A stretch of 64,000 nucleotides of DNA from Octopus sinensis (Eukaryota), in NCBI RefSeq assembly GCF_006345805.1, contig NC_043008.1:19344001-19408000 (forward strand). Reading direction: 5' to 3'. Positions 37,787 to 50,457 of this stretch are shown here, one piece after another. The notes beneath the pieces were generated by a model. That model did not search any database and had not been told where the DNA came from. It was given only the letters and a program-made list of their open reading frames with translations. The position numbers and the translations under genes are program-made. How positions within the stretch are numbered: position 1 is the first letter of the stretch; every line of letters begins with the position of its first letter.

Positions 37787-38561
37787 TATTTCTTTACTAC
37801 CCACAAGGGACTAAACACAGAGGACAGACAAACGGATTAAGTCGATTACATCGACCCCAGTGCGTAACTGGTACTTAGTTTATTGACCCCGAAAGGATGA
37901 AAGGCAAAGTTGACCTCGGCGGAATTTGAACTCAGATCGTAACGGCAGACGAAATACCTATTTCTTTACTACCCACAAGGGGCTAAACACAGAGGGGACA
38001 AACAAGGACAGACAAAGGGATTAAGTCGATTACATCGACCCCCAGTGCGTAACTGGTATTTAATTTATCAACCCCGAAAGGATGAAAGGCAAAGTCGACC
38101 TCAGCGGAATTTGAACTCAGAACGTAACGGCAGACGAAATACCTATTTCTTTACTACCCACAAGGGGCTAAACACAGAGGGGACAAACAAGGACAGACAA
38201 AGGGATTAAGTCGATTACATCGACCCCCAGTGCGTAACTGGTATTTAATTTATCAACCCCGAAAGGATGAAAGGCAAAGTCGACCTCAGCGGAATTTGAA
38301 CTCAGAACGTAACGGCAGACGAAATACCTATTTCTTTACTACCCACAAGGGGCTAAACACAGAGGGGGACAAACAAGGACAGACAAAGGGATTAAGTCGA
38401 TTACATCGACCCCCAGTGCGTATCTGGTACTTAATTTATCAACCTCGAAAGGATGAAAGGCAAAGTCGACCTCAGCGGAATTTGAACTCAGAACGTAACG
38501 GCAGACGAAATACCGCTAAGCATTTTGCCCGGCATGCTAACGTTTCTGCTAGCTCGCTGCC
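37787..38561 (-). mobile_element. Family D SINE with one tRNA head and four tandem bodies of about 185 bp
   Basis: Units start at 37787, 37959, 38144, 38329; head only at 38514-38561. Confidence 0.92.
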
Positions 38562-38819
38562 TGTTGTAAGATCTTGAGGGAGGAGAAGGACTGTCAGATT
38601 GGTACATGGTGAAATATATGTGCCCATACAGAGATCGGGGAGATTTGCTTACGGGTGAGGACTATCACACAATCATTGATATCACATACAAATAAATTAC
38701 TTTTGGTCATCATCTTGGAATGTTTGAAACCATTTCTCAAGCAAGAAACAGCTAAAGAACAAGCTGACTTTAGAAGCGAACTTTGCACGAGAGACCATCT
38801 GCATAATCACACAATTTAA

Positions 38820-39029
38820 CCCTTTCTTTACTGTATTTATTTTGAAATGCTCTGTATTTCTTTCAGTTACTTTAAATATAACAAAGAATTTAGTAAAATA
38901 ACTTAGTCATCATTAAGCTAGTGTTAGGAACATAAATTGTGAGTATGGTTTGGTGGAAGATTTTAATTCAGAACTTATGAAAACAAGACATATATACTCA
39001 GAGCCAGAGCCGGGTTGGTAACAAAATGG
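38820..39029. mobile_element. piggyBac-type MITE family 1
   Basis: TTAA flanks, matches other copies. Confidence 0.85.
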
Positions 39030-39102
39030 TTAAACAAGAAGAGCAAGAGCACACAATTTAAAAACTTTCCTTTAAGTATCTCCTTTAAAAAATACTAACA
39101 TA

Positions 39103-39500
39103 TCTTTATATATAAAAGAGAGGTTGTGTGCTGTCTGTCTCCTACAATTTAGATTCCTAACTACTCCCACATTTTGCGGTGCAGTTTAACCAAAACCGGG
39201 TATCTTATAGTCGTGATTCATATCGAGCCCTTCTGGGTATAAGCGCGCGTCTATGATGAGTCAACGATTTAAAAAAAAATTTACCATCAATTTTTCCCAT
39301 TTTTTAATGCATTTTTGGCATATATAAGGGAAGTAACTCTCTAAAAATTTATTACTAAATCTCAGAACGTAAAAAGCTACAGTAACACCCCCCCCTTTGT
39401 GGTTAGCCATATTGAGATGGCTATTATACTTCACATCTCTAAAAATGCTTATATAGTTATTTCCCTTACAAACCCGAGCAACGCCGGGCGATACTGCTAG
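39103..39500 (+). mobile_element. Non-autonomous Helitron-type element, second subfamily
   Basis: a|TCtttatatataaaa start, hairpin cccgagcaacgccggg, gatactgCTAG|t end shared with the 30707 element. Confidence 0.82.
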
Positions 39501-39940
39501 TTATAGATAAATGAACAATGAAAATGTTGGGGTTGTGGGAGGGCTTGTTTAAAAACCCTTCAAAGTGGAGAGCTATAGTACAACAGGAGTAAAAGAGCAT
39601 AAAAGCCATACAAATTTACACCCCCGCCTGTTTTTTTTTCTCCCCTTCTCCTCAATCACGTGTGTTGTCTTGTTATATAACTATTCTCTCTCTTATTTTC
39701 TCCTGACCCAATTTCACACATTACTAACTGAATAAATAACTAAGAGTTCGCCATATGGACCAGCTTGGCAGATCTTACCATGCTTAAAAGTATCATAAAC
39801 TTCACTAATGTTCCATGCATCAGTTTACATAGTGTCACTGTTACATTTTTTTTTTTCTTCTTTATTTTACGAGTTCTATCGGCCCAGCCACCCCCCCCCA
39901 CGCTTTTTCTTGTTCTATCGGGCCCCCACGCTTTTTCCTT

Positions 39941-40220
39941 TTTTTCTTCTTCAAATAAGAAATTGTGATCATCATTATTATCATCAACATCATCGTCATC
40001 ATTTAACGTCCGTTGTCCATGCTGGCATGGGCCGGACGATTTGACCAGGGCTGGCAAGCTCGAAGGCCGCATCAGACTCCATGATGAAATAGACTGGAGT
40101 CTGGTGCAGCCTTCCAGCTCACCAGCCCTGGTCAATCCGTCCAACCCATGCCAGCATGGACAACGGACGTTAAATGATGATGATGATGATCACAGTTTCT
40201 TATTTGAAGAAAAATAAAAA
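39941..40220. repeat. Fold-back palindrome of a family E 3' end plus its flank
   Basis: Arms meet near 40085; both carry the flank cacagtttcttatttgaagaa. Confidence 0.88.
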
Positions 40221-40721
40221 AAACTAAAATCCCTTCTCACCCCGACATTGTCATCTCTATTGCTTTTTTATCTTTTACTTGTTTCAGCTATCGAAAACCG
40301 ATTTTTACTCTGATTTGAAATTTCATAGTACAGTGAGGAGAATGGGGGGGGGGGGGGGCATTGATGCCGTCGAGAGGTATGCCCCGAAACGGCGCGCATT
40401 CTCTCCTGGTGACCCTATACACTTGCTGGCTTCCGGTATGCGGAGCTTTCGACTGGTAGCACTTATGTGCAAGTTGTTTGTTAAACATCTAGGAGAACAT
40501 AGCAGTTTTATCTGTTTGAAAAAATTGAAACTACTTCTGCGTTTTGCTGGCTCGTAGACTTAATCCGTCATTCGGATTAACCCCATCACTTTGGTTTAAA
40601 GCTGTCACTTTGGTTTAAAGCTCTTGAGAAAGGCATGAGCATAGTGTTCTCTATCTTACACTAAAGTATGTATGCAATGGTTCTAGCTCATGTTAAAATA
40701 AAACGATAAACGTCGCCATTT

Positions 40722-41003
40722 TCAAGCCTAGCCAGGCTCATGGGCCCGGTTTCTGTGGCGTATGTGTTCCCTCTCAGCTGGACGGGACCCCAGTCCATCG
40801 CAGCGTTACTCAAGAAACAGGAAGAGAGAGTGAGAGAAAGTTGTGGCGAAAAAGTACAACAGGGGTCGTCACTACCCCCTGCCGGAGCCCCGTGGAGCTT
40901 TTAGGTATTTTCGCTCAATAAACACACAACACCCGGTTTGGGAATCGAAACTGCGAATCTCCGACCGCGAGTCCGCTGCCCTAACCACTGGGCCATTGCG
41001 CTT
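40722..41003 (-). mobile_element. SINE family B
   Basis: Reverse complement of the 8343 copy. Confidence 0.88.
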
Positions 41004-42152
41004 CCAGCAGCTCATGTTAAACGCATCAAATATAGACATGTACCACCAAGTGGTATGTCTATGCGGCATGAATCGATTACCAACAAATGCCTGATTGTAT
41101 ATTGTTTACTTGACTCTGACAGTCAACCGAGCTTTTATTGAACTATGTGTCTTAGAAATCAATAGATAGTTTAATTAAGCATTAAATGCAGGCATGGCTG
41201 TGTAGTTGAGAAGCTGGTTTTGTAATCTCGTGAAATCATGCAAGGAACTTCATAAACTTGCAGCCGTTTCTGCGAAAAGTTGCAGTGCCCTGAGAGCTGA
41301 AAGCTTGTGCACTACCTTATAGCCCCTTCGGAGCTTCTGAAATGAAGAGCAAGTTTATTTGGGACAGCATTTACACTACATCCACTCTGAATCCAATTAT
41401 CCTAGATCAATGTTCAAAGGAATAGTAAAACGCCTATCTATCCGAGTATCCAGGTTATAGGTAAATTTTAAAAAATAGTCTGCATTGATTCTAAGACTGA
41501 AACTAATAATTTCTTAGTTATTAGAAAATTCTTTTAGCAATAACAGTGCCTATATTTCTATCGACAAGAGAAAAAAATAAATAGAAATAGGGAAGATACT
41601 TAGTATATCCCCAACATAACCTCCTTGTAAAACTTCGTCTTCTTAAAATATTCTCCGTTCTTAAAACCTACTTCTCACCACATCACATATCAAATATTTA
41701 GTAAGTATACCGTTAAGATATTGTACTCTACAGCCCCAAACCGTGCACATGCCATTTAAGCTAAACTAAACCATTTAAGCATGTAAGTCCCCGCATTCTT
41801 CAACGATCAATCACTAAACACTACTGGTCTCGACCCGCAGCATCATACGTCCCATAAAGGACTCCAAATCTCTACAACATAATAATCAAATGAACTCGAT
41901 GTTAGCCAGTATATTGGTCACTCACACAATCTTAATTCTTTGGTATCTCCGACAAACATCTCTGCAGTAATCAGTCATCTTAACTCAAATATCAAATACC
42001 GATATATTCAATGCAACTACCACTGGAGCCCCTGCTACGAAAACCTGTGATTGTAAGACTATCTACAATTGCCCATTAAACGGAAACTGTCTAGTTGAGA
42101 ACATTGCTTACAGGTATCAAATAATTATGAGAGCAGCTACTAAAAGGTATAT

Positions 42153-42341
42153 GGAAGCACTCCGTCGGTTACGACGATGAGGGTTCCGGTTGATCCGAAT
42201 CAACGGAACAGCCTGCTCGTGAAATTAACGTGTAAGTGGCTGAGCACTCCACAGACACGTGTACCCTTAACGTAGTTCTCGGGGATATTCAGCATGACAC
42301 AGAGAGTGACAAGGCCGGCCCCTTGAAATACAGGTACAACA
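42153..42341 (-). mobile_element. 5'-truncated family C SINE with 12-bp TSD
   Basis: TSD taaaaggtatat at 42141-42152 and 42342-42353. Confidence 0.88.
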
Positions 42342-42389
42342 TAAAAGGTATATAGGAGTTACACCAAACAGTTTCACGAGACGTTTTTA

Positions 42390-43292
42390 CAAGGGGGTAC
42401 CCAAAATAAACCAAAATTTTGCAATGGTATTTTATTCACTTAGTTTTACATGTTTACACGTTTATCGCCATCGAAGTATTCTCCATTAGAAGCAATGCAT
42501 CGGTCCAAATGCGTTTTCCACTGTTCAAAGTAGTGCTGGAACTCTTACGAAGTGATGCCTTTTAACGTCGCCGTCATGTTTTTGTTCACCTTTTCCACAT
42601 CTACAAATTCCGTAACACCAGCTTTCATAATCAGTGATTACCTTCGAAAAAAGATCCGGATCAACTTCCAACTGTTCTTTCAGTTTACGACACGCATTCA
42701 CTCGTGACTGCTTTTGATCTTCCGTGCGGAAGCGAGGCACAAATTTTGCTACAGTTCTTTTCATTCGCGATTCGTCACTCAAAATTCATTGGCACGAGTT
42801 CTAGGACACACCAATCATATCAACAAGTTCCTCAATTATTCAGTGACAGTCCTCCAAGATGAATTCATGAATTTTCATGATGTTTTCATTCGTTCGGGAG
42901 GTAGACGGTCGCCCTGAATGAGATTGGTCTTCAAGCGACAAGTGACCATTCCTAAAACGTGAAAACCGCTCGTAAACTTGTTTTGCTTATAGCAGCGTCA
43001 TAGCAAGCTGTTTGAAGCATGACAACTGTTTTGGCCGCCGTTTTCTCCAGAAGAAAACAGAATTTCACGGAAACACGCTGGTCTTTCGTTTCAGCCAATG
43101 CAAAAATGGACGAACGGGAGAGAAGCACTGCAAAACAAAGACGCACCATATGGTAGCACGACCACATCCGACGACACGGTCGGCAGACTGATGTCTGGTG
43201 GATGCATCAAGTGGCTTCTAGCGGTGGAAGCCTGTACTACAAAGGGCTTGTCCCACAGAGACCGTTTCCAGTTATTTTTGGGTACCCCCTCG
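42390..43292 (-). mobile_element. Internally deleted mariner element
   Basis: TIRs ta|c(a/g)agggggtaccca; transposase remnants DQRVSVKFCFLLEKTAA and AKFVPRFRTEDQKQSRV...ITDYESWCYG. Confidence 0.92.
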
Positions 43293-43960
43293 TATACGCG
43301 TGTGCACTCATTAAAAACTCTAGTTGCAAGTTCACTAGACGAGTACGTCTGGCAACTTAAAAATCTAAACGCGCAATACATCAATCATATACAAAGGAGA
43401 ATGAAAACCGTGTAGATTTTTTTACCAAAAAGCTATTCAAATTTAATTGCCCGCTGGATTTCTAGACAACTGTAATAATTGCAACCTCATGCGTCTTCGA
43501 GCATTTAGACTCTCTTACACAAGGAATTACGGGACTAGCTTAATCTGAATCTATGGATATTGCTAAATAAGAACTATACAATACCTTTAGCTCCATCTAT
43601 TAACTTACTTTCTCGCTTGACGTATCTAATGATTTTTCTTTCTTCTGTTGGAAACCAAAGTATTTTCTTGTTTTTGGTAACCCAATTCTTAAAAAAATTT
43701 GGGCCTTTCTATTCACGTATCCTAATAGTCTCCAGTAGGTCAACATAACAAACTCTATGTGTGTACATGTATGCTTATATTCGTGTATGTACGCGAGAAT
43801 ATGTGTAAGTATACACGAGCGTGCTAGTAAATATATGTAAGATTAGCCGAAATTGCGATGATGATCCGGTTCTTGACTGAAGATTTAAGGCTTCGAATGT
43901 CCCGTCCGTGTTTTTTGTATCGTCTTCTAAATGTTATGCGTTCTTGTCCCAGTTTGTATT

Positions 43961-43992
<32 letters not shown>

Positions 43993-44022
43993 ATATTTGT
44001 ATATATACATATATATATATAT

Positions 44023-44447
44023 GTTGGGTTAGCAACTAAGTTACCGCGGTTTTTTTAAGTTTTGAAATCTATTTTGTTCAAAAATTCTATTTTTGAATCA
44101 TTTTGGAATCTATTTTTTTCCTAGTTAGTTTTAGTTAATTTTTTAAATTTTCAGATCATTAAAATGGCGACACCTCCTTCTTTTTGTTTTTAATCAAGGT
44201 TCTTAGTCTGCAAAAGCTGCTCTCAACATTTGTGCTGTGCATGGTGAGGGTGTCATAGCTGAAAGAACCGCTCGTGATTGGTATGCCAAGTTCAAAAATG
44301 GAAATTTTGACCTCAAAGACGCACCTCGTTCTGACCGTCCAGTTGAATTCGATGTAGAGCGATTAAACCAACTTTTGCATGAAATTTCTCGCCAGACGAC
44401 AAGGGAACTCATTGAGAAAATGGAATGCTCCCACACTGCTATAGAGA
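44023..44447 (+). mobile_element. Mariner 5' fragment (HTH region), different subfamily
   Basis: TIR-like ttgggttagcaactaag; GEGVIAERTARDWYAKFKNGNFDLKDAPRSDRP. Confidence 0.88.
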
Positions 44448-44493
44448 TGCACACACACACATATAAACATATATATATATTTATGTATGTATA

Positions 44494-45671
44494 TAGCCTC
44501 ATTTTGTTCGCGGGGATTCTAGTAAATTCACGTGAACAAAACAATGAATCAAGGGATGTTACTCTTTGGTGACATCTTTTGGATGTTTGTCTCCCCTGGA
44601 TTTGTCATTTGAGCAAATTGTATGATCAACTTGTTTGCATTATTTTGTTTTTTGTTCTGGGCATAGTATTCTTATACTTGTGTGCCGGGGTAGTTCGCCA
44701 TTGGGGCTTATTTCTTCTGTGTGTGAAGTCTGTGTGCTACGTAGGTTCACGTTTAGGAAAGGTACTATCCTGGTGGGGTTACCATCACAGACAGTAGCTC
44801 TTTGAAATATTTGAGTGTAAAATATCGCTTGTGTATGCAGTGAGAGAAGGCGTCTTTCCTGATATTATCTGTTGATTGTTTAATGTTTAATTTTTCAGTA
44901 ATACAGAGTTCACATTTGGTACCCTGACCTCTGCATTTTTTGGCTTCAGCAATAATTTTCAATTTTATCTGGGTGTTGCTTATTCTACCTTCTTTCAACG
45001 TCCATATGATATTTGAAAGGGATGCTGTAGTTTTTTTTATTATTATTTTTGTCTCTGAATGACGCGAGATGTTGTTTATACCTTCCTTTCAACGCGTTGC
45101 CTGTCATTCCGATATACGTATTTGCCGTTCTGTTGGCGTCCGTGATCTTGAGACAGTTGTTGTTTAAAGGGCAGCAGTTAGAGGATCTGAAGTTGCATTG
45201 TCTTTCGAGTGTGTTTCTGGTATGTTTATATTTATTGTGATTGAGTATTATTGACCTTATATTAGGGAAGCAGAAGTACTTGTGGCATTTGTGTGAATGT
45301 GGAAAGTGGTTGCCTATTAGTTTTAAGAATTTCCTAGTTATGTTCGTAGCTACATTCATGCTATAAGGTGGGTTAAACCATAAGATGTTCCTCTATCTGC
45401 GTCTTCTTGGTCTGTTTATATTTGGTTCAGTGTAGTATATGCTATTCTTGAAGTTGGACCTTCTAATCCACACACAGAAGAAATATGCCTCAATGACAAA
45501 CTACTTCAGTATAAGAACACCATGCAAACAAATTGATCATACAACAATTTACCCAAATAACAAATCCGAGGAAGACAAACCTCCAAAAGATGTCAGCCAA
45601 GAGTAACTTCCTATGATTCATTGTTTTGTTCACGTGAATTTACGAGATGCCCCATGTACGAAACGAGGCTG
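44494..45671 (-). mobile_element. 5'-truncated Penelope-like element with inverted terminal pLTR copies
   Basis: NVATNITRKFLKLI..HFP; CPLNNNCL; YIGMTGN; CELCITEKLNI...HCIHK; 44494-44725 inverted at 45465-45671. Confidence 0.9.
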
Positions 45672-45851
45672 TGTTTTTCAAAATGGAGGCGAACATCTTC
45701 CTCCATTTGATCGGCTTGAAGAATTGTTAAGACACCGGGATATTTTCCTACTTAACTTAAAATGAAACCAACGGAAGGTTTAATTCACAAATAAAGACAT
45801 TACACCCAAAAACGTGCTGTTGAGCAGTCATTTTCATCGCTCAACATTTAC

Positions 45852-45890
<39 letters not shown>

Positions 45891-46043
45891 CATTCATACA
45901 TACATTCATATATACATATATATATATAAATGTATATGTATATATAATATTAGGGAATATGATTCCAAACTTACAGGGAAAAATTCAATTTAGTAATACT
46001 AAATCAAATTTTACATTATATAATACATGTATACAAATTAGAG

Positions 46044-46508
46044 AAGAACCACCATGTAGCAATTCAACAATGATATACTTAAATCATGCCATATAGAAAA
46101 AAAAATTAAAGATACGATAAAACATTTACCTAGAACTAAATAAAGTACGAAATAATAAATAAATAGTATATAATTAGTATATAATTACTAATTATATAAA
46201 CTTAGATATGTTTCGACCAAAGATTGGTCCAGGCCATGTCTAACTTAATAGCACCACCCATTGGGCCATTGATTGATGATAACGGCATTCCCCAACACGA
46301 TGCTAAAGTAAAATTAGCCGAAATTGCTGCTGCTCTATCTGATGTAGAGCACTTGCCTAACTTCAGATGCTCAATACGAAAGTGTATACTATCATTTATT
46401 ATTTCGAATTTAATTTAGTTCTAGGTAAATGTTTTATCGCATTTTAATTTTTTTTCTACATGGTATGATTTAAGTATATCGTTGTTGAATTGCTACATGG
46501 TGGTTCTT
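46044..46508. repeat. Inverted repeat, arms of about 115 bp
   Basis: 46044-46160 is the reverse complement of 46395-46508. Confidence 0.85.
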
Positions 46509-46683
46509 ACATGTAAATATATATATATATATATGTATATATATATGTAAAGTTAATCCAAACAAGAAAGCACAAAAAAAACACAACAACGCGAGGACGT
46601 GGAACAAATATAGTATTATTGGACGCTCTGGATTAACTTTATATACCGCACGCTCGCACGGATCCCGGTCCTCTGAGTGCCTT

Positions 46684-46714
<31 letters not shown>

Positions 46715-46900
46715 ACTACAAAATTAGAAAATGGAGAAACATACTTAAATCAATAAAACATCAACTATCAGATGATACCCAATCAATACTTTATTACACC
46801 ATTACATATCAGTAAAGGCATTATACAAAATATACAGTAAATGTAAATAGACAAAGAGATATAAGTATAAAATTTCAAATATAATATGTAATTAAATCAT

Positions 46901-47012
46901 AACTGACAGCTGTTTCGGCAGCAAGGGCAGTCATACCTCATTTAACCTATAAGCCATAAAGGCAGGTATAAATGAGGCATTAACAAGGATGCCCCACAGC
47001 CTCTTCAGAGAA
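46901..47012 (-). ncRNA. Type I hammerhead, family epsilon, long structured stem II
   Basis: Mirror of 49370-49480. Confidence 0.7.
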
Positions 47013-47382
47013 TTAAATTTGTTATAATTGTGAAAAAATTATTTTTCCATATACATATAAAAATTATTTTTCCATATACATATAAATATAAAAATATAAA
47101 AATGTAAAATATAAAAACTTATGCATAAACTTTATAATGCTACACTTATATAATATAATACTCATTGGTACAATAATGCAAGGTAAACAAAACAAAATAA
47201 AACAAAGTATATATCAGTGTATATATTAATATTAATAAGCACAGTTATTATACATATTTGGCTAATAGTTTTAAAAAAACCCCAAAAAACTAACACATAT
47301 GGAGATGAAAAATAATAATTAAAACCATGGTTCAGTTCATAAAATTATAAAGCTATAAAAGTCAATAAAAATTACTATTAAT

Positions 47383-47437
<55 letters not shown>

Positions 47438-48949
47438 GATACAGTTATGTTTGCACCAAGTCCATCCTTTCAAGATCGAAATAACTATGAGTTTAGAAAT
47501 TCTGACCACTAGGTAATGATTATTTAGATTAATTCGATTGGCTAGTAGTTTGAAATTTAAATCACAAAAGAAATTTTACGGTTAGTTAGTCAAGGAACGC
47601 CAATATTCACACGCGCATCCACAGATCAATCGCACATACATACATAATTATATGTATACACACACACATACACTTATACACATACATAACCACAAGCAAC
47701 AACTAGCACATAGATAAACAAATAGGGGAGCAACTATGCTGCCATTTAGTCCTTCAAAATTATAACTATACCTCAAATAACAAAAAAGATCCACTCATGC
47801 GTTTCCATAAAATATTTATTTTAAAGATATATATATTTTTAAATATCAGTATGTTACGATGTCAGATACTATTTCACTGGGTAACTTAAATTTAAAACAC
47901 CGGTTTATTGCTTAGTAAACATACCGGTTATTAGATTTAAAAAAAAAATTTTTTTTAATTTTATTGCAATGTTATCTATCTTTGCATTTAGTCTTCTAAT
48001 TATTTATTTATTTGCTTATTTAAGTGCTTATTTAAGTGTAGATTTATACATACATATCAAGTCATCTAATTTGCTATTTATTTTTTACTTATTTACTTAT
48101 ACAAGTGTAGTTTTATACATACATATCTATCATTTATTTTTATTTTAATAATATATGAATACATATATACTGGTTTGTACTTATAATATGTGTGTAACCG
48201 TAATTATTTCTTCTTATTTATTTTATCACATTTTAACTTAAGTATTTACAATATATTAATTTTTTAAATCTCTGTGATGTTCTGATATACGATTGCATTA
48301 GTACTTCCCCATGTTGATATTATTTAATGCCTAATCTGGTATATTATGACATTGAATTTATTAAGTAAAAAAGAGATATATTTATAATATATAAATTAAT
48401 ATATATTTTATAACTTAGCGTACTTGCAATCATAACAAACTTACGGTAAATCTAATAACCGGTATGTTTACTATGCAATTAACCGGTGTTATAAATTTTA
48501 AGTTACCCAGTGAAATAGTATCTGACATCGTAACATACTGATATTTAAAAATATATATATCTTTAAAATAAATATTTTATGGAAATGCATGAGTGGATCT
48601 TTTTTGTTATTTGAGGCATAGTTATAATTTTGAAGGACTAAATGGCAGCATAGTTGCTCCCCTATTTGTTTATCTATGTGCTAGTTGTTGCTTGTGGTTA
48701 TGTATGTGTATAAGTGTATGTGTGTGTGTATACATATAATTATGTATGTATGTGCGATTGATCTGTGGATGCGCGTGTGAATATTGGCGTTCCTTGACTA
48801 ACTAACCGTAAAATTTCTTTTGTGATTTAAATTTCAAACTACTAGCCAATCGAATTAATCTAAATAATCATTACCTAGTGGTCAGAATTTCTAAACTCAT
48901 AGTTATTTCGATCTTGAAAGGATGGACTTGGTGCAAACATAACTGTATC

Positions 48950-48998
<49 letters not shown>

Positions 48999-49369
48999 AT
49001 TAATAGTAATTTTTATTGACTTTTATAGCTTTATAATTTTATGAACTGAACCATGGTTTTAATTATTATTTTTCATCTCCATATGTGTTAGTTTTTTTGG
49101 GTTTTTTTAAAAACTATTAGCCAAATATGTATAATAACTGTGCTTATTAATATTAATATATACACTGATATATACTTTGTTTTATTTTGTTTTGTTTACC
49201 TTGCATTATTGTACCAATGAGTATTATATTATATAAGTGTAGCATTATAAAGTTTATGCATAAGTTTTTATATTTTACATTTTTATATTTTTATATTTAT
49301 ATGTATATAGAAAAATAATTTTTATATGTATATGGAAAAATAATTTTTTCACAATTATAACAAATTTAA

Positions 49370-49480
49370 TTCTCTGAAGAGGCCGTGGGGCATCCTTGTT
49401 AATGCCTCATTTATACCTGCCTTTATGGCTTATAGGTTAAATGAGGTATGACTGCCCTTGCTGCCGAAACAGCTGTCAGT
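49370..49480 (+). ncRNA. Type I hammerhead, family epsilon, long structured stem II
   Basis: ct-CTGAAGA-GGC(about 80 nt, nested hairpin)GCC-GAA-ACAGCTGT-C-ag; canonical core, GUC triplet, 8-nt palindromic stem III. Confidence 0.7.
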
Positions 49481-49829
49481 TATGATTTAATTACATATTA
49501 TATTTGAAATTTTATACTTATATCTCTTTGTCCATTTACATTTACTGTATATTTTGTATAATGCCTTTACTGATATGTAATGGTGTAATAAAGTATTGAT
49601 TGGGTATCATCTGATAGTTGATGTTTTATTGATTTAAGTATGTTTGTCCATTTTCTAATTTTGTAGTATTAATTTACGGTAATATTATTACCTTTACCCA
49701 TATAATACAATATATGAACTGATTGTTTGGCAATTTTTAACATCTATGTATTAGTCTTGTTGGGTACCTATCTAGCAGTATATTGGATATATGTTATCCC
49801 ATGGTGGGTTGAATTTTCAACCCCTATCT

Positions 49830-49927
<98 letters not shown>

Positions 49928-50384
49928 TACATATATATATATATATATATATACACATACATATATATATATATATATATCGATATATATACACACACAC
50001 ATGTATATCTGCGTATGTCCATATCTGTATCTGTATCTCTTATCTAAGTACATACTTACACATCAATTTTCACAGTCATTTACACTTACTTTTGTATTTC
50101 TTTCATATACACACGCATTCATTTCTGTTCTACATATGTATAAATGATTATACACTCGTCTGTACATGTGTGTCTATCCGTCTGTCTCTTTACGTATACA
50201 TTCACTTGTATACATCAATTATATTGATGTATGTATTGAATTTCAATAGATTCCTTTGTATATATTTCTAAATGTCAGTGTCTGTAGGTCCGTGTGCAGG
50301 TATATACGTAAAAGTGTGATGGATATAAATATATATACGCACGTGTGTGTTTAAGTGTGATTACATGTTTATATACTGTATGTG

Positions 50385-50426
50385 TGTGTGTATGTATGTA
50401 TGTATGTATGTATGTATGTATGTATG

Positions 50427-50457
<31 letters not shown>

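Larger units (their letters stand above)
41377..43580 (+). mobile_element. Decayed Penelope-like element (RT C-terminus, linker, GIY-YIG) interrupted by a SINE and a mariner
   Basis: YIHSESNYPRSMFKGIVKRLSIRVSRL; QIFSKYTVKILYSTAPN; CDC...CPLNGNCL; KRYIGVTPNSF; SLDEYVWQLK. Confidence 0.8.
46713..49666. repeat. About 3-kb inverted repeat (arms about 1.2 kb, spacer about 510 bp), one hammerhead per arm
   Basis: 46713-47938 is the reverse complement of 48449-49666, with only scattered substitutions. Confidence 0.96.

Noticed and set aside
37787-38561. CRISPR-like regular repeat
   Set aside because: Units are contiguous SINE bodies with no unique spacers, in eukaryotic DNA
40340-40415. GC-rich stem-loop region with GAAAC
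   Set aside because: Local complementarity is present but there is no ribozyme core, ORF or second copy in the window
43870-43905. CTGAAGA...CGAATGTC hammerhead-like stretch
   Set aside because: Stem II unpaired and GAAA incomplete; at best a dead relic
46200-46395. Two hammerhead-like relics inside the 46044-46508 repeat (GACCA/TGGTC-GAAAC; CTGATG..GAGCA/TGCTC..GAAA)
   Set aside because: Cores incomplete; not counted among the 13 motifs
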